Assembly (NCBI RefSeq): GCF_006345805.1 | Contig: NW_021827745.1 | Coordinates: 1 to 9,916 of the forward strand | DNA: 9,916 nt | Origin: Octopus sinensis | Lineage: Eukaryota | Direction: 5' to 3' | In this document: piece after piece, positions 1-8,281 of the stretch | How positions within the stretch are numbered: position 1 is the stretch's first letter | Layout: every line of letters begins with the position of its first letter | The notes under the pieces: generated by a model | Told to the model about the DNA's origin: nothing | What the model saw: the letters and a program-made list of their open reading frames with translations, nothing else | Databases searched by the model: none | Position numbers and translations under genes: made by a program

Positions 1-111
1 GACCTTTGGTAATCTGGACCTAACTAATAGCTACATTTACCTGTTTCTCTAATTCTATTCACAGACTCTAAACAATCTAGCGCTGAGTGAATACTATGAA
101 CCTTTAGTATG

Positions 112-282
112 TATTTATTTACTATCCACAAGGGGCTAAACACAGAGGGGACAAACAAGGACAGACAAACGGATTAAGTCGATTACATCAACCCCAGTGC
201 GTAACTGGTACTTAATTTATCGACCCCAAAAGACGAAAGGCAAAGTCGTCCTCGGCAGAATTTAAACTCAGAGCGAAATACC
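112..282 (-). mobile_element. tRNA-derived SINE family A, 5'-truncated copy 1 of a tandem dimer
   Basis: Near-identical to 283-460 with a 171-bp period (CCACAAGGGGC at 126 and 297). Minus strand reads GAGTTTAAATTC (degenerate B-box), GACTTTGCCTTTCGTC...GATAAATTAAGTACCAG, and ends in an A-rich tail. Confidence 0.8.
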
Positions 283-460
283 TATTTCTTTTCTACCCAC
301 AAGGGGCTAAACACAGAGGGGACAAACAAGGACAGACAAACGGATTAAGTCGATTACATCGACCCCAGTGCGTAACTGGTACTTAATTTATCGACCCCGA
401 AAGGATGAAAGGCAAAGTCGACCTCGGCGGAATTTGAACTTGGAACGTTACGACAGGCGA
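283..460 (-). mobile_element. tRNA-derived SINE family A, 5'-truncated copy 2 of a tandem dimer
   Basis: Minus strand: GTTCAAATTCC (Pol III B-box-like), then GAGGTCGACTTTGCCTTTCATCCTTTCGGGGTCGATAAATTAAGTACCAG, a central motif I recall from invertebrate and reptile SINEs. No A-box head is visible. The dimer is flanked by the direct repeat AACCTTTAGTATG (99-111, 461-473). Confidence 0.8.
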
Positions 461-521
461 AACCTTTAGTATGGTAGTATGAACCTTTAGTATTGTAGAT
501 CCAACCGTGATATCGATACTC

Positions 522-701
522 TAGAGCAACCGGTGTGCCGCAGCACATTGGTGTTCCACGTGACGATGCAAAGTGTGCCGCAGTGTAACCTGAATATATA
601 TATATTTTCCTTTATACTTTTAGTTATATTTTTAGTTCAGGTGTGCCGCCGAATTTTGAAAAGAATATCAGTGAACCACTTTTAAGTAGGTCTAACTACT
701 G
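522..701. mobile_element. Degenerate hAT (Charlie-like) non-autonomous element relic
   Basis: Subterminal-type motif GTGTGCCGC at 533-541, 573-581 and 641-649, plus decayed variants. Right end AACTACTG resembles the AACCACTG hAT terminus seen at 5742 and 8482. No clear left TIR or TSD. Confidence 0.45.
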
Positions 702-1015
702 CGCACAAATTTCAGGGTATTTATATTCGCGGTTATACAATTTCTTCTCAAAATATCTACGTAAATAGAACGACATTTTTCTTGAGATATTTAAAAGATA
801 TCTAAACATATTCCTCTTATAGATTCGTTGTAAATAATCAGCAAAAGACTGCATTCAGACAAAACAAAAGAGCCTGCACCAATTCTTTGAACCACCAACT
901 AAAGATGCTATGTAACTGATAAAAGCGACAAAAACACAGGCCCTTCAGACACACACAGATGCAAAACTCTCGCGCGCACACACATCCATACAGGCACAAA
1001 AATACATTTCCCTCT

Positions 1016-1066
1016 GAAGGTGGTATCCCAGCATGACCTTATCTGCGATGGTTAAAACAAACTAAA
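1016..1066 (+). mobile_element. Decayed 3' tail fragment of SINE family B
   Basis: AAGGTGGTATCCCAGCATGACC...ATGGTTAAAACAAACTAAA aligns by eye with AAGGCGGTGCTCCAGCATGGCT...ATGACTGAAACAAGTAAAA at 9088-9136. Confidence 0.5.
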
Positions 1067-1244
1067 CAACCAAAGACAGAACAAAGGGACATAACAAGAT
1101 AACGAAACCCATTTCATTCGTTTCTCTTTGAAGAAAGCGCCATTTACATACGTATATGGCCAATAAAAGAAATTAACTGATTCAAATATCTATTCTTCTA
1201 ATAGCAACAAGCATACACTTGCGATCACATGTGTGAATGCTTGC

Positions 1245-1259
1245 ATGTGTATGTGAGTG

Positions 1260-1296
<37 letters not shown>

Positions 1297-1439
1297 AGTG
1301 TGTTTGTGTGAGAGTGTATCTAAGTGTGCGTGCAGCTTGTATTCCTGTCCGTGTATGTATGTGTGTAATATGTGCGTATGTATGTGTGTTTGTGCATCGA
1401 AAGAGACAGAGAAGACTAGAGAGAGATAGACAGACAGAC

Positions 1440-1530
<91 letters not shown>

Positions 1531-1787
1531 TAAACAGATTGATATAAATCAATATATATATATATATATATATATCCATACATACATATGTATATAAATG
1601 TTTGCGTATATGTATGTATGTATGTATGTACGTGTGTACATGCGTGAGTTTGATCACTGGTGTGTACGCGTGTGGGAGAGTGAATGTGCGTATGCACGAA
1701 TACATTTATGCGTATAAAATATACATACATGTACGCGTTTGTATATATATGAATGTGTGTATGCGTCTATATATATATATGTATATA

Positions 1788-1841
<54 letters not shown>

Positions 1842-1970
1842 TATTATATATTACCTCATAATAATGTACTTGTGTGTGTTTGCGCGTGAGTGTATATGTG
1901 TCTGTGTGCGTGTGTGTGTGTGTGTGTGCGTGCGTGCGCGCGTGTGCGTTTGCGAGAGCGAGCGTATATA
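1245..1970. repeat. Compound microsatellite block: (TG)n, (GACA)n(GATA)n(GA)n, (TA)n, (TATG)n, (TG/CG)n
   Basis: Directly visible: (TG)n about 1258-1293, (GATA)n 1441-1504, (TA)n about 1552-1576 and 1798-1850, (TG)n about 1870-1950. Confidence 0.95.
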
Positions 1971-2169
1971 TAAACAGTGTCTCAATAATAATTGTTGATC
2001 GAATATATATGCTGTGCGCAGCAATGATCAAATATAAAGTGGCAGGACAAAGGAATTAGGTTAAGACTGGCAAATTGGAACAAGCCGAGGTCGATAAAGT
2101 TACACACATAACAAAATTATATATTCAGATATATGCGTAGCTATCTCAATCTCTTTCTCTCCCCCACCT

Positions 2170-2365
2170 CACTCTATATGTGTGTGTATGTGTGTATACA
2201 CGCACATATATTTATGTAATATGCTTATATACATACGTGAATAATATATGTATATATGTATAATACATATATATATATATATATATTTTGTGTATGTACG
2301 TACGCATATATACTTATTGTTATATACAAGCGCGTACATGAACGATTGCAATGTGTATATTGGTG

Positions 2366-2428
<63 letters not shown>

Positions 2429-2449
2429 GTCTATCTATCTATCTATCTA
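2170..2449. repeat. TA/TG low-complexity tract followed by (TATC)n microsatellite
   Basis: (TATC)n runs from about 2367 to 2449 and ends at the TA target site of the mariner. Confidence 0.95.
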
Positions 2450-3733
2450 CGAGGGGCGTTCAATAAGTAATGCCCCTGACCCACTTCCCATAGCAGTAGA
2501 GCAACGAAACTTGGCACAGTTATTAGTCTTTTTCTACATAGGAACCACCCAGAGTTACGCATTTCTCCCATCGTTTGATGCGGCTCTGGAGACCGTTTTT
2601 GTAGAAGAACCCAGCTTGGTCCTCCAACCTCAACGTGACTTCAGAAATCAAGGCTGCATCATCTGGGAAACGCTTTCCTTCAAAACAACTTCATGATTGG
2701 GAAGAGGTGAAAATCAGAGGGTGCAGGTCAGAAAGTAGGGGGATGGGAGGAGTTCATAGCCATACGCCTGTGCTTCTGATCTGGCGACAAGCGAGTTGTG
2801 GACCGGAGCGTTGTCCTGCAGGAGGAGGATGCCTTTGCTGATCTTGCCCCGCCTCTTGATTTTGATAACTTCTCTTAATTTCCTCAAAAGTGAAGCATAA
2901 TAGGCTCCTGCAATTGTGGTACCCTTTGCCAGGAAATCTGTCATCACTACTCCGTCCTGGTCCCAGAAGACTGTGAGCATGACCTTGCCAGCGGAGGGCT
3001 GCACCCTTGCCTTCTTTGGAGGGGGTGAGTCACGGTGCTTCCACTGCATTGACTGGGCTTTGGTCTCTGGATCATCGTGATGGACCCAGGTTTCATCCTG
3101 TGTAATCAGTCTTTTGAAAAATTTGACTCATCTTCTTGGCACATCTCCAAATTCACCCTCGAGCACTCGACGCTTTCTTGCTTCTGGAAAGGCGTGAGCA
3201 ACCTGGGAATCCATCTGGCAGACACCTTTTGCATATGCAAATGGTCATGAATGATAGTTTTCACAGACCCGGTACTAATCTTGACCTCATATGGCTATTT
3301 GGCGAATAATTATGCGTCGATCTTCCAAAATGGCAGCCTCAACTTGACGGACAGATGCCTCATCAATGGCAGAAGGGGCGACCAGATCTGGGAGCTGTTT
3401 CCACAGAGTTCCGACCATGTTTGAATTCACGATGCCAGCGTTTTACAAGGTCATATGATGGGGCATCATTACCATAAGTTACTTTCATTTCATCAAAAGT
3501 CTCCCGTGGTGTGCGTCCTTTCAAATACAAAAACCGGATCACTGCTCGACACTCAACAGGCTCCATTTCACACTTGACTCGGTTCAAACACCTGTAAATC
3601 AGAAACCACAATTAATTCAGAGCTGTAATTTGCTACTTACTCTATAGAGATATAAATGATTGCACATGCAAAATTTCAGCTAGATCAAACAACTGCAAGT
3701 GGGTCAGAGGCATTACTTATTGAAAGTCCCTCG
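2450..3733 (-). mobile_element. Full-length mariner (Tc1/mariner, DD34D) DNA transposon, probably irritans-like
   Basis: 37-bp TIRs at 2450-2486 (CGAGGGGCGTTCAATAAGTAATGCCCCTGACCCACTT) and 3697-3733 with 3 mismatches; TA on both sides (2448-2449, 3734-3735); 1284 bp, typical mariner size; transposase inside. The subfamily is inferred from WIPRLL and overall similarity. Confidence 0.96.
2523..3566 (-). pseudogene. Mariner transposase, frameshifted
   Basis: ATG at 3566 (MEPVECRAVIRFL...), HTH region to RSGRP, then SARWIPRLL, ITQDETW (D1), KVMLTVFWD, LQDNAPVH (D2), a damaged YSPDL-APSDFHLF (D3; 34-residue spacing after manual frame repair), RWEKCVTLGGSYVEKD and TAA at 2523-2525. Frameshifts near 3373, 3292, 3120 and several at 2670-2750. 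Confidence 0.95.
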
Positions 3734-3963
3734 TATCATACAGCTTTTATAGAGTCCATAGAACATCAGGCAGCAGTTATATTTCCGGCACTTGGAAACC
3801 CGGCAAGAACCATCATGATACAGATAATTTTTTTCCAGTAGTTAAATGGTTTCCAGTCTTCCATGTCAGCAAACTTTTTTCTCAACTGCAACTTTAATCT
3901 TTATCTTCTCCGACGCCGTTGAATGTTCCCCAATGCATCAAGTTATTCCTAAAGAAAGTAGAC

Positions 3964-4134
3964 ACGCGTGGCTGTGTGCTAAGATTTCTCCCCTATCACA
4001 TGGTTTCGGGTTCAAGGTGCACTCACTGCATAGCACCTTGGGCTAGTGTCTTCTAGCATAGACTCGGGCCGACCAAAGCATTGTGAATAGATTTGGTAGA
4101 GGGAAACTGAAAGAAGCCCGTCGTATATGTGTGC

Positions 4135-4173
<39 letters not shown>

Positions 4174-4392
4174 ATTGTGTCTGTGATTGTCCCCCTGCAC
4201 CGCTTGACACCTGGTGTTGGTGTTTCTACGTCCCCCGCAACTTAGCGGTTTGGCAAAAGAGAACGATAGAATAAGTGACAGGCTTTAAAAAAAACTTAAT
4301 AAGTATCGGGGTCGCTTCAACAGGCCCAAAACTCTTCAATGTGGTGCACCAGCATGGCCACAGTCTAATGACCGAAACAAATGAAAGATAAT
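3964..4392 (+). mobile_element. tRNA-derived SINE family B (CORE-like), full length, diverged
   Basis: GTGGCTGTGTG (A-box-like), GGGTTCAAG (B-box-like), CACCTTGGGCTAGTGTCTT core, GGAAACTGAAAGAAGCCCGTCG, internal (GT)n about 4128-4172, tail CCAGCATGGCCACAGTCTAATGACCGAAACAA. Colinear with 8765-9141. Confidence 0.88.
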
Positions 4393-4547
4393 AGATTTTA
4401 AAATTATCGAATTCAGCCCGAACGCCAACAGGAATTTTAACAAAATGCATTGACGTGTGCAAACTAACACTGGAGAAGTTGTAATCTTTAGTTGCACTCC
4501 TTCCCTTAGAAAAAAACCTCGTATTTATGATTATGTTTTAAAGGTGA

Positions 4548-4878
4548 CTAGCACTATGACCCGGCAACGCCGGGTCATAGTGCTAGTGCATGCATATACA
4601 GCTGCGTGCATGCGCACACACGCGCGAGTACTGTCCAAATCTCCGACCAATCACATACAGCTAGCTGGCATTCAATTGGCGTATCAAGTTTCGGGCATTT
4701 TGATTGGGTTCTGGATAGAAATTCACAAAAAAGTCACTTCTATTGATTTTTTTAATGGCTTTGCAGGGTGACTGGGGAGATGTAAAGATGTGCACGACCA
4801 CCCTTGGACGGGTTTGAATGACCTTGTATAAAAGATACACACACACACACAGGCATTTGCCGTTTATATATAGAGAGA
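4548..4878 (-). mobile_element. Non-autonomous Helitron (331 bp)
   Basis: Minus strand begins A|TCTCTCTATATATAAACGG (5' TC at 4878), has a short (TG)n, and ends with hairpin CCCGGC-GTT-GCCGGG, 8 nt, CTAG|T (4548). It sits between A and T with no TSD, which are the canonical Helitron hallmarks. Confidence 0.8.
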
Positions 4879-5494
4879 TGCTGTGGCGGTAATGTCGAAG
4901 GAGTATTCTTGTAGCAGTTGTGCTGTGCAGTGGATGCTGTGCAATAGTTATCCTTCACCGCTTATTTGGAGTTTAATGTCACCTTAAGGACATTCACTTT
5001 AACATCCCTCACAAATATTGTTAGCGAAGCTTACGTCGGATGTTGCAATCCGCAAGCTTTTTCAAAACATATTAGCAGTGCTTTAAGCGAGGTGTTTTAA
5101 ATAAAATCTGAAAGCGTTTTGCGGAGAGGTCTCACTGGGAAGGACCTTGATTAAATTAATCTCTATAGTTTTCTGGATATTAGACTTAATTCGCGATTGG
5201 ATTAACGCAACTAACTGGCCCAGCGCGCCTTGAGTGGAGTCTACTCTGTTGCATCTATTCAACCTAGGTCTCCAGTTTGCTGGCGACTATTTCCTTTTCT
5301 TGTCAAGGGTCATAGGCGCTTTGTCCACGACAACGCTGAAAAAAAAAAAGCAAGGATTAAAAAAACTAAATTGCAGGTCATTGACTTACGTCGAAGCCTT
5401 TTTCTTGAATTAACATCAAACAAGAATCGAAATTGAATCGTATCACAGAAACTTCTTATTGTTAAACATTCTCCCAAAATCATTACAATGAATA

Positions 5495-5513
5495 TGTGTG
5501 TGTGTGTGTGTGT

Positions 5514-5553
<40 letters not shown>
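5495..5553. repeat. (TG)n microsatellite
   Basis: Directly visible; abuts the hAT MITE at 5557. Confidence 0.95.
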
Positions 5554-5554
<1 letters not shown>

Positions 5555-5556
5555 AT

Positions 5557-5742
5557 CAGTGGTTTTCAAACTTTTTGCTGGAGCGGAACCCCAAGGAAAT
5601 ATTCCACTGGCTCGAGGAACCCCTGTACAATAATTTAATTGTCTGCACAGGAAAATTTAAAATTACTGTCGATTTTAGCAGTTTTGTAACTTCTTGCGGA
5701 ACCCCTGGACTGTACTGGCGGAACCCTGGTTGAAAACCACTG
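5557..5742. mobile_element. hAT-type MITE, copy 1 (186 bp)
   Basis: TIRs CAGTGGTTTTCAA / TTGAAAACCACTG; perfect 8-bp TSD GTGTGGAT (5549-5556, 5743-5750); four internal GGAACCC motifs. Confidence 0.93.
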
Positions 5743-5755
5743 GTGTGGATGTATG

Positions 5756-5905
5756 TATATGATGTGCTTCTTTCAGTTTCCGTCTACCAGATCTACTGAC
5801 AGGGTTTTGGTCTGCCGGAGACGTTAGTATAAGATGTTTGCCAAGGGGCTACGCAATGGCTGAACCCGGAACCATGTGGCTGGGGAGTAAACCTACCATA
5901 ACAGC
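5756..5905 (-). mobile_element. SINE family B, 5' half, diverged
   Basis: Reverse complement reads GCTGTTATGGTAGG...CCACATGGTTCCGGGTTCAG...CCTTGGCAA...GGTAGACGGAAACTGAAAGAAGC, matching 8770-8920. Confidence 0.8.
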
Positions 5906-5919
5906 GATGGCTGGGCGCA

Positions 5920-6042
5920 GTGCGTGCACGAGTGTTTGTGTGCATATGTGAGTGTGCGTGCGTGCATGTGCTTGTGCGTGTGTGTGTGTGCGTGTGCGTG
6001 CGTGTGCGTGTGCGTGTGCGTGCGTGTGCGTGTGTGTGTGTG
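5920..6042. repeat. (TG)n/(TGCG)n/(TGTGCG)n compound microsatellite
   Basis: Directly visible alternating purine-pyrimidine tract. Confidence 0.9.
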
Positions 6043-6411
6043 TTTAAAGGGGGAACAGAACAGAGCAGAAACAAGCTCTGACTAAATGAAGGGCACCGTG
6101 CAGCCCTCTGTGACCTGCGAGGTGAAACTGTACACCGGTGACCGGCGTAAAAGCTGACGTTTTTACGACTAAACAACCTCGCTAAAATCTGATGGATTGT
6201 CTTTGAAGTTTCAAGTGGGTTGCTTTGGCTCACTGGACACGTCAACCAGCCTATAACACATTGACTGTATTGAGGTCATCTGTTACAGGAGGTACAATGG
6301 TGGGGTAAGGGTGTGGTTGCTACACACTAACCCATTAAACAGACTAAACACACTTAACCAAACAAAACACGCAAACATTAAAATAAGTATATAAACACGC
6401 AAAATGTTTAA

Positions 6412-6471
6412 AGACCAAAAAAAAAGGAAAAACAAAATGGCAGACCAAAAAAGGAAAAACAAAATGGCAGA
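6412..6471 (+). repeat. Two-copy tandem repeat (about 27-30 bp) inside an A/purine-rich tract (about 6345-6610)
   Basis: AGACC(A)9GGAAAAACAAAATGGC followed by AGACC(A)6GGAAAAACAAAATGGC. Confidence 0.85.
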
Positions 6472-7077
6472 TAAAGAAATGGAGAAAGAGGAAAGGGAGA
6501 AGCAGAAGGGGACAGGAAATTAAGAAAAGGAAAAAAAAAAATAGAAAAAGAAGTGCTCTGATATGCATTCGAAATAAGGGAGATTGAAGGGGTTGTAAAA
6601 ATAAAATAAAGTATCTCTTTGTCGGGGACCAAAATAAAAGGCAAACGGTGACATTTGAGAGAGATTGAAGCCGCTCGAAGTCCACTGATTCGTGAAAGGC
6701 GGCTGGTCATTTAGTATCCATTTATTATTTACTGACCGTCACTAAAAGTCATTTATATGAAAAGACGGAGGAAGAAGAAGAGATTATCTGACGTCCGTAT
6801 AAAGTTTCTGGTTATTTATAGGCCAACTGTTAATGGGAGCTTGAGGTGTTTCGACATTTCCACGAGAAAAGTAAGAAGTAGATGAAGGGGAAACGAAGCT
6901 GTCTTTGATCGGGTAATTTACAGCAGAATTCCGCCAGCACCACTTTAGCCAACATCAAGGGTATTATACCAGTAAATGAGGGAGCCTGTACGTAGCACGT
7001 ACCCTGTTAGAAATAATGACTAACTGTACTTCAGAAACACATCATTTAACCGTAAAAAAGAATATCGGAATGTGTAC

Positions 7078-7236
7078 AGGTGTGGCTGCGTGGTAAGAAG
7101 TTTGCTTCCCAACCACAAGATTCCGGGTTCAATCCTACGGCATGATACCTTGAGCAAGTGTCTTCCACTATAACCTCAGGTTCCCCAAAGCCTTGTGAGT
7201 GGATTCGGTTGACGGAAACTGAAAGAAACCCACCGT

Positions 7237-7238
<2 letters not shown>
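7078..7238 (+). mobile_element. SINE family B, 5' half
   Basis: GTGGCTGCGTGGTAAG, GGGTTCAATCC (good B-box match), CCTTGAGCAAGTGTCTT, GGAAACTGAAAGAAACCC; runs into (TATC)n. Confidence 0.88.
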
Positions 7239-7485
<247 letters not shown>

Positions 7486-7493
7486 CGACGGAC

Positions 7494-7698
7494 AGGAGTG
7501 GCTGTGTGGTAAATAACATGCTTACCAACCACATGGTCCTAGGTTCTGTCCAACTGTATGACACGTTGGGCAAGTGTCTTCTACTATAGCCGCGGGTCGA
7601 CCAAAGCCTTGTGAGTGGATTTGGTAGGCGGAAACTGAACTAAATGCGGTGCTCCAGCATGGCCGCAGTCAAATGCCTGAAACAAGTAAAAGAATAAA
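7494..7698 (+). mobile_element. SINE family B, internally deleted copy
   Basis: Head and core match 8765-8910, then GGAAACTGAA joins directly to CTAAATGCGGTGCTCCAGCATGG (tail) at about 7640; the middle segment is absent. Confidence 0.88.
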
Positions 7699-7759
7699 AT
7701 AATAATATATATGAACACATCCCCCACCCCATCCCCATACACATATATCCATATATATA

Positions 7760-7834
7760 TTTTTGTGACTCTGTTTGCAGTCCACTACCGCTTCATAACC
7801 GGTGTTGGTGTGTTTACGTCGCGGCACGGTAAAA
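7760..7834 (+). mobile_element. SINE family B, middle fragment
   Basis: CTGTTTGC...CGCTTCATAACCGGTGTTGGTGTGTTTACGTC matches 8938-8998; GCGGCACGGTAAAA resembles GCGGTTCGGCAAA. Confidence 0.65.
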
Positions 7835-8011
7835 ACGCACAGGAGGTTTGTATAATAAATGTTTTGCTAATATTAATATCGTAATGAAACAGAGAGTTGT
7901 ATTACAACATTATATAATAAAATAAATAAACGTTGTAATACAACTCTCTGTTTCATTACGATATTAATATTAGCATACATTTTATTATACAAACCTCCTG
8001 TGCGTTTTTAC
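7829..8011. repeat. Long inverted repeat (80-bp arms, 23-nt AT-rich spacer); probable foldback/MITE-type element
   Basis: Arm 7829-7908 is the reverse complement of 7932-8011 except for one short patch (AAATGTTTTGC vs AAAATGTATGC). No clear TSD. Confidence 0.9.
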
Positions 8012-8074
8012 ATACTTTCCTTTCTTAAATATCTACAACCACGAGTAAAGAAGATTTGACACCTTTCTGTTATA

Positions 8075-8077
<3 letters not shown>

Positions 8078-8119
<42 letters not shown>

Positions 8120-8278
8120 TGTGTGTGTTGTGTGTGTGTGTGTGTGCGCGTGTGGATGTGTGTGTGTGTGTGTGTGTGTCTGTGCGTGTGGATGTGTGTG
8201 TGGTGTGTGTGTGTCTGTGCGTGTGGATGTGTGTGTGTGTGTGTTGTGCGTGTGGATGTGTGTGTGTGTATGTGTGTA
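8078..8278. repeat. (TG)n microsatellite with recurring GCGTGTGGATGTG interruptions
   Basis: GTGTGGAT occurs four times (near 8150, 8186, 8221, 8250), giving a 29-36-bp higher-order period. Confidence 0.9.
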
Positions 8279-8281
8279 CAG

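Noticed and set aside
112-460. 171-bp direct repeat as satellite or CRISPR-like array
   Set aside because: Only two units, no spacers, SINE hallmarks present, eukaryotic context.
1190-2466. Many 60-170 aa ORFs (YLSI, CVCV, HTHT, YIYI repeats)
   Set aside because: Translations of stop-poor microsatellites; no protein-like sequence.
2256-2841. Plus-strand ORFs 2256-2696 and 2635-2841
   Set aside because: Microsatellite plus the antisense strand of the mariner transposase.
5376-5420. Minus-strand splice donor GTAAGT near 5389 suggesting an exon
   Set aside because: No convincing acceptor or coding frame; such hexamers are expected by chance.
6117-6182. Type II hammerhead reading (GAAAC after the GCGAGGT helix)
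   Set aside because: No CUGANGA box at the required position (CTAAACA) and no valid NUH triplet.
6326-6340. CTAACCC as a telomerase RNA template
   Set aside because: Only 7 nt, not extended to CTAACCCTAA, and no recognisable pseudoknot.
6344-6710. Hydrophobic Phe/Leu-rich minus-strand ORFs resembling membrane proteins
   Set aside because: By-product of the A/purine-rich low-complexity tract.
7078-7140. tRNA gene (A-box and GGTTCAATCC B-box)
   Set aside because: No cloverleaf; continues directly into the SINE core, so it is a SINE head.
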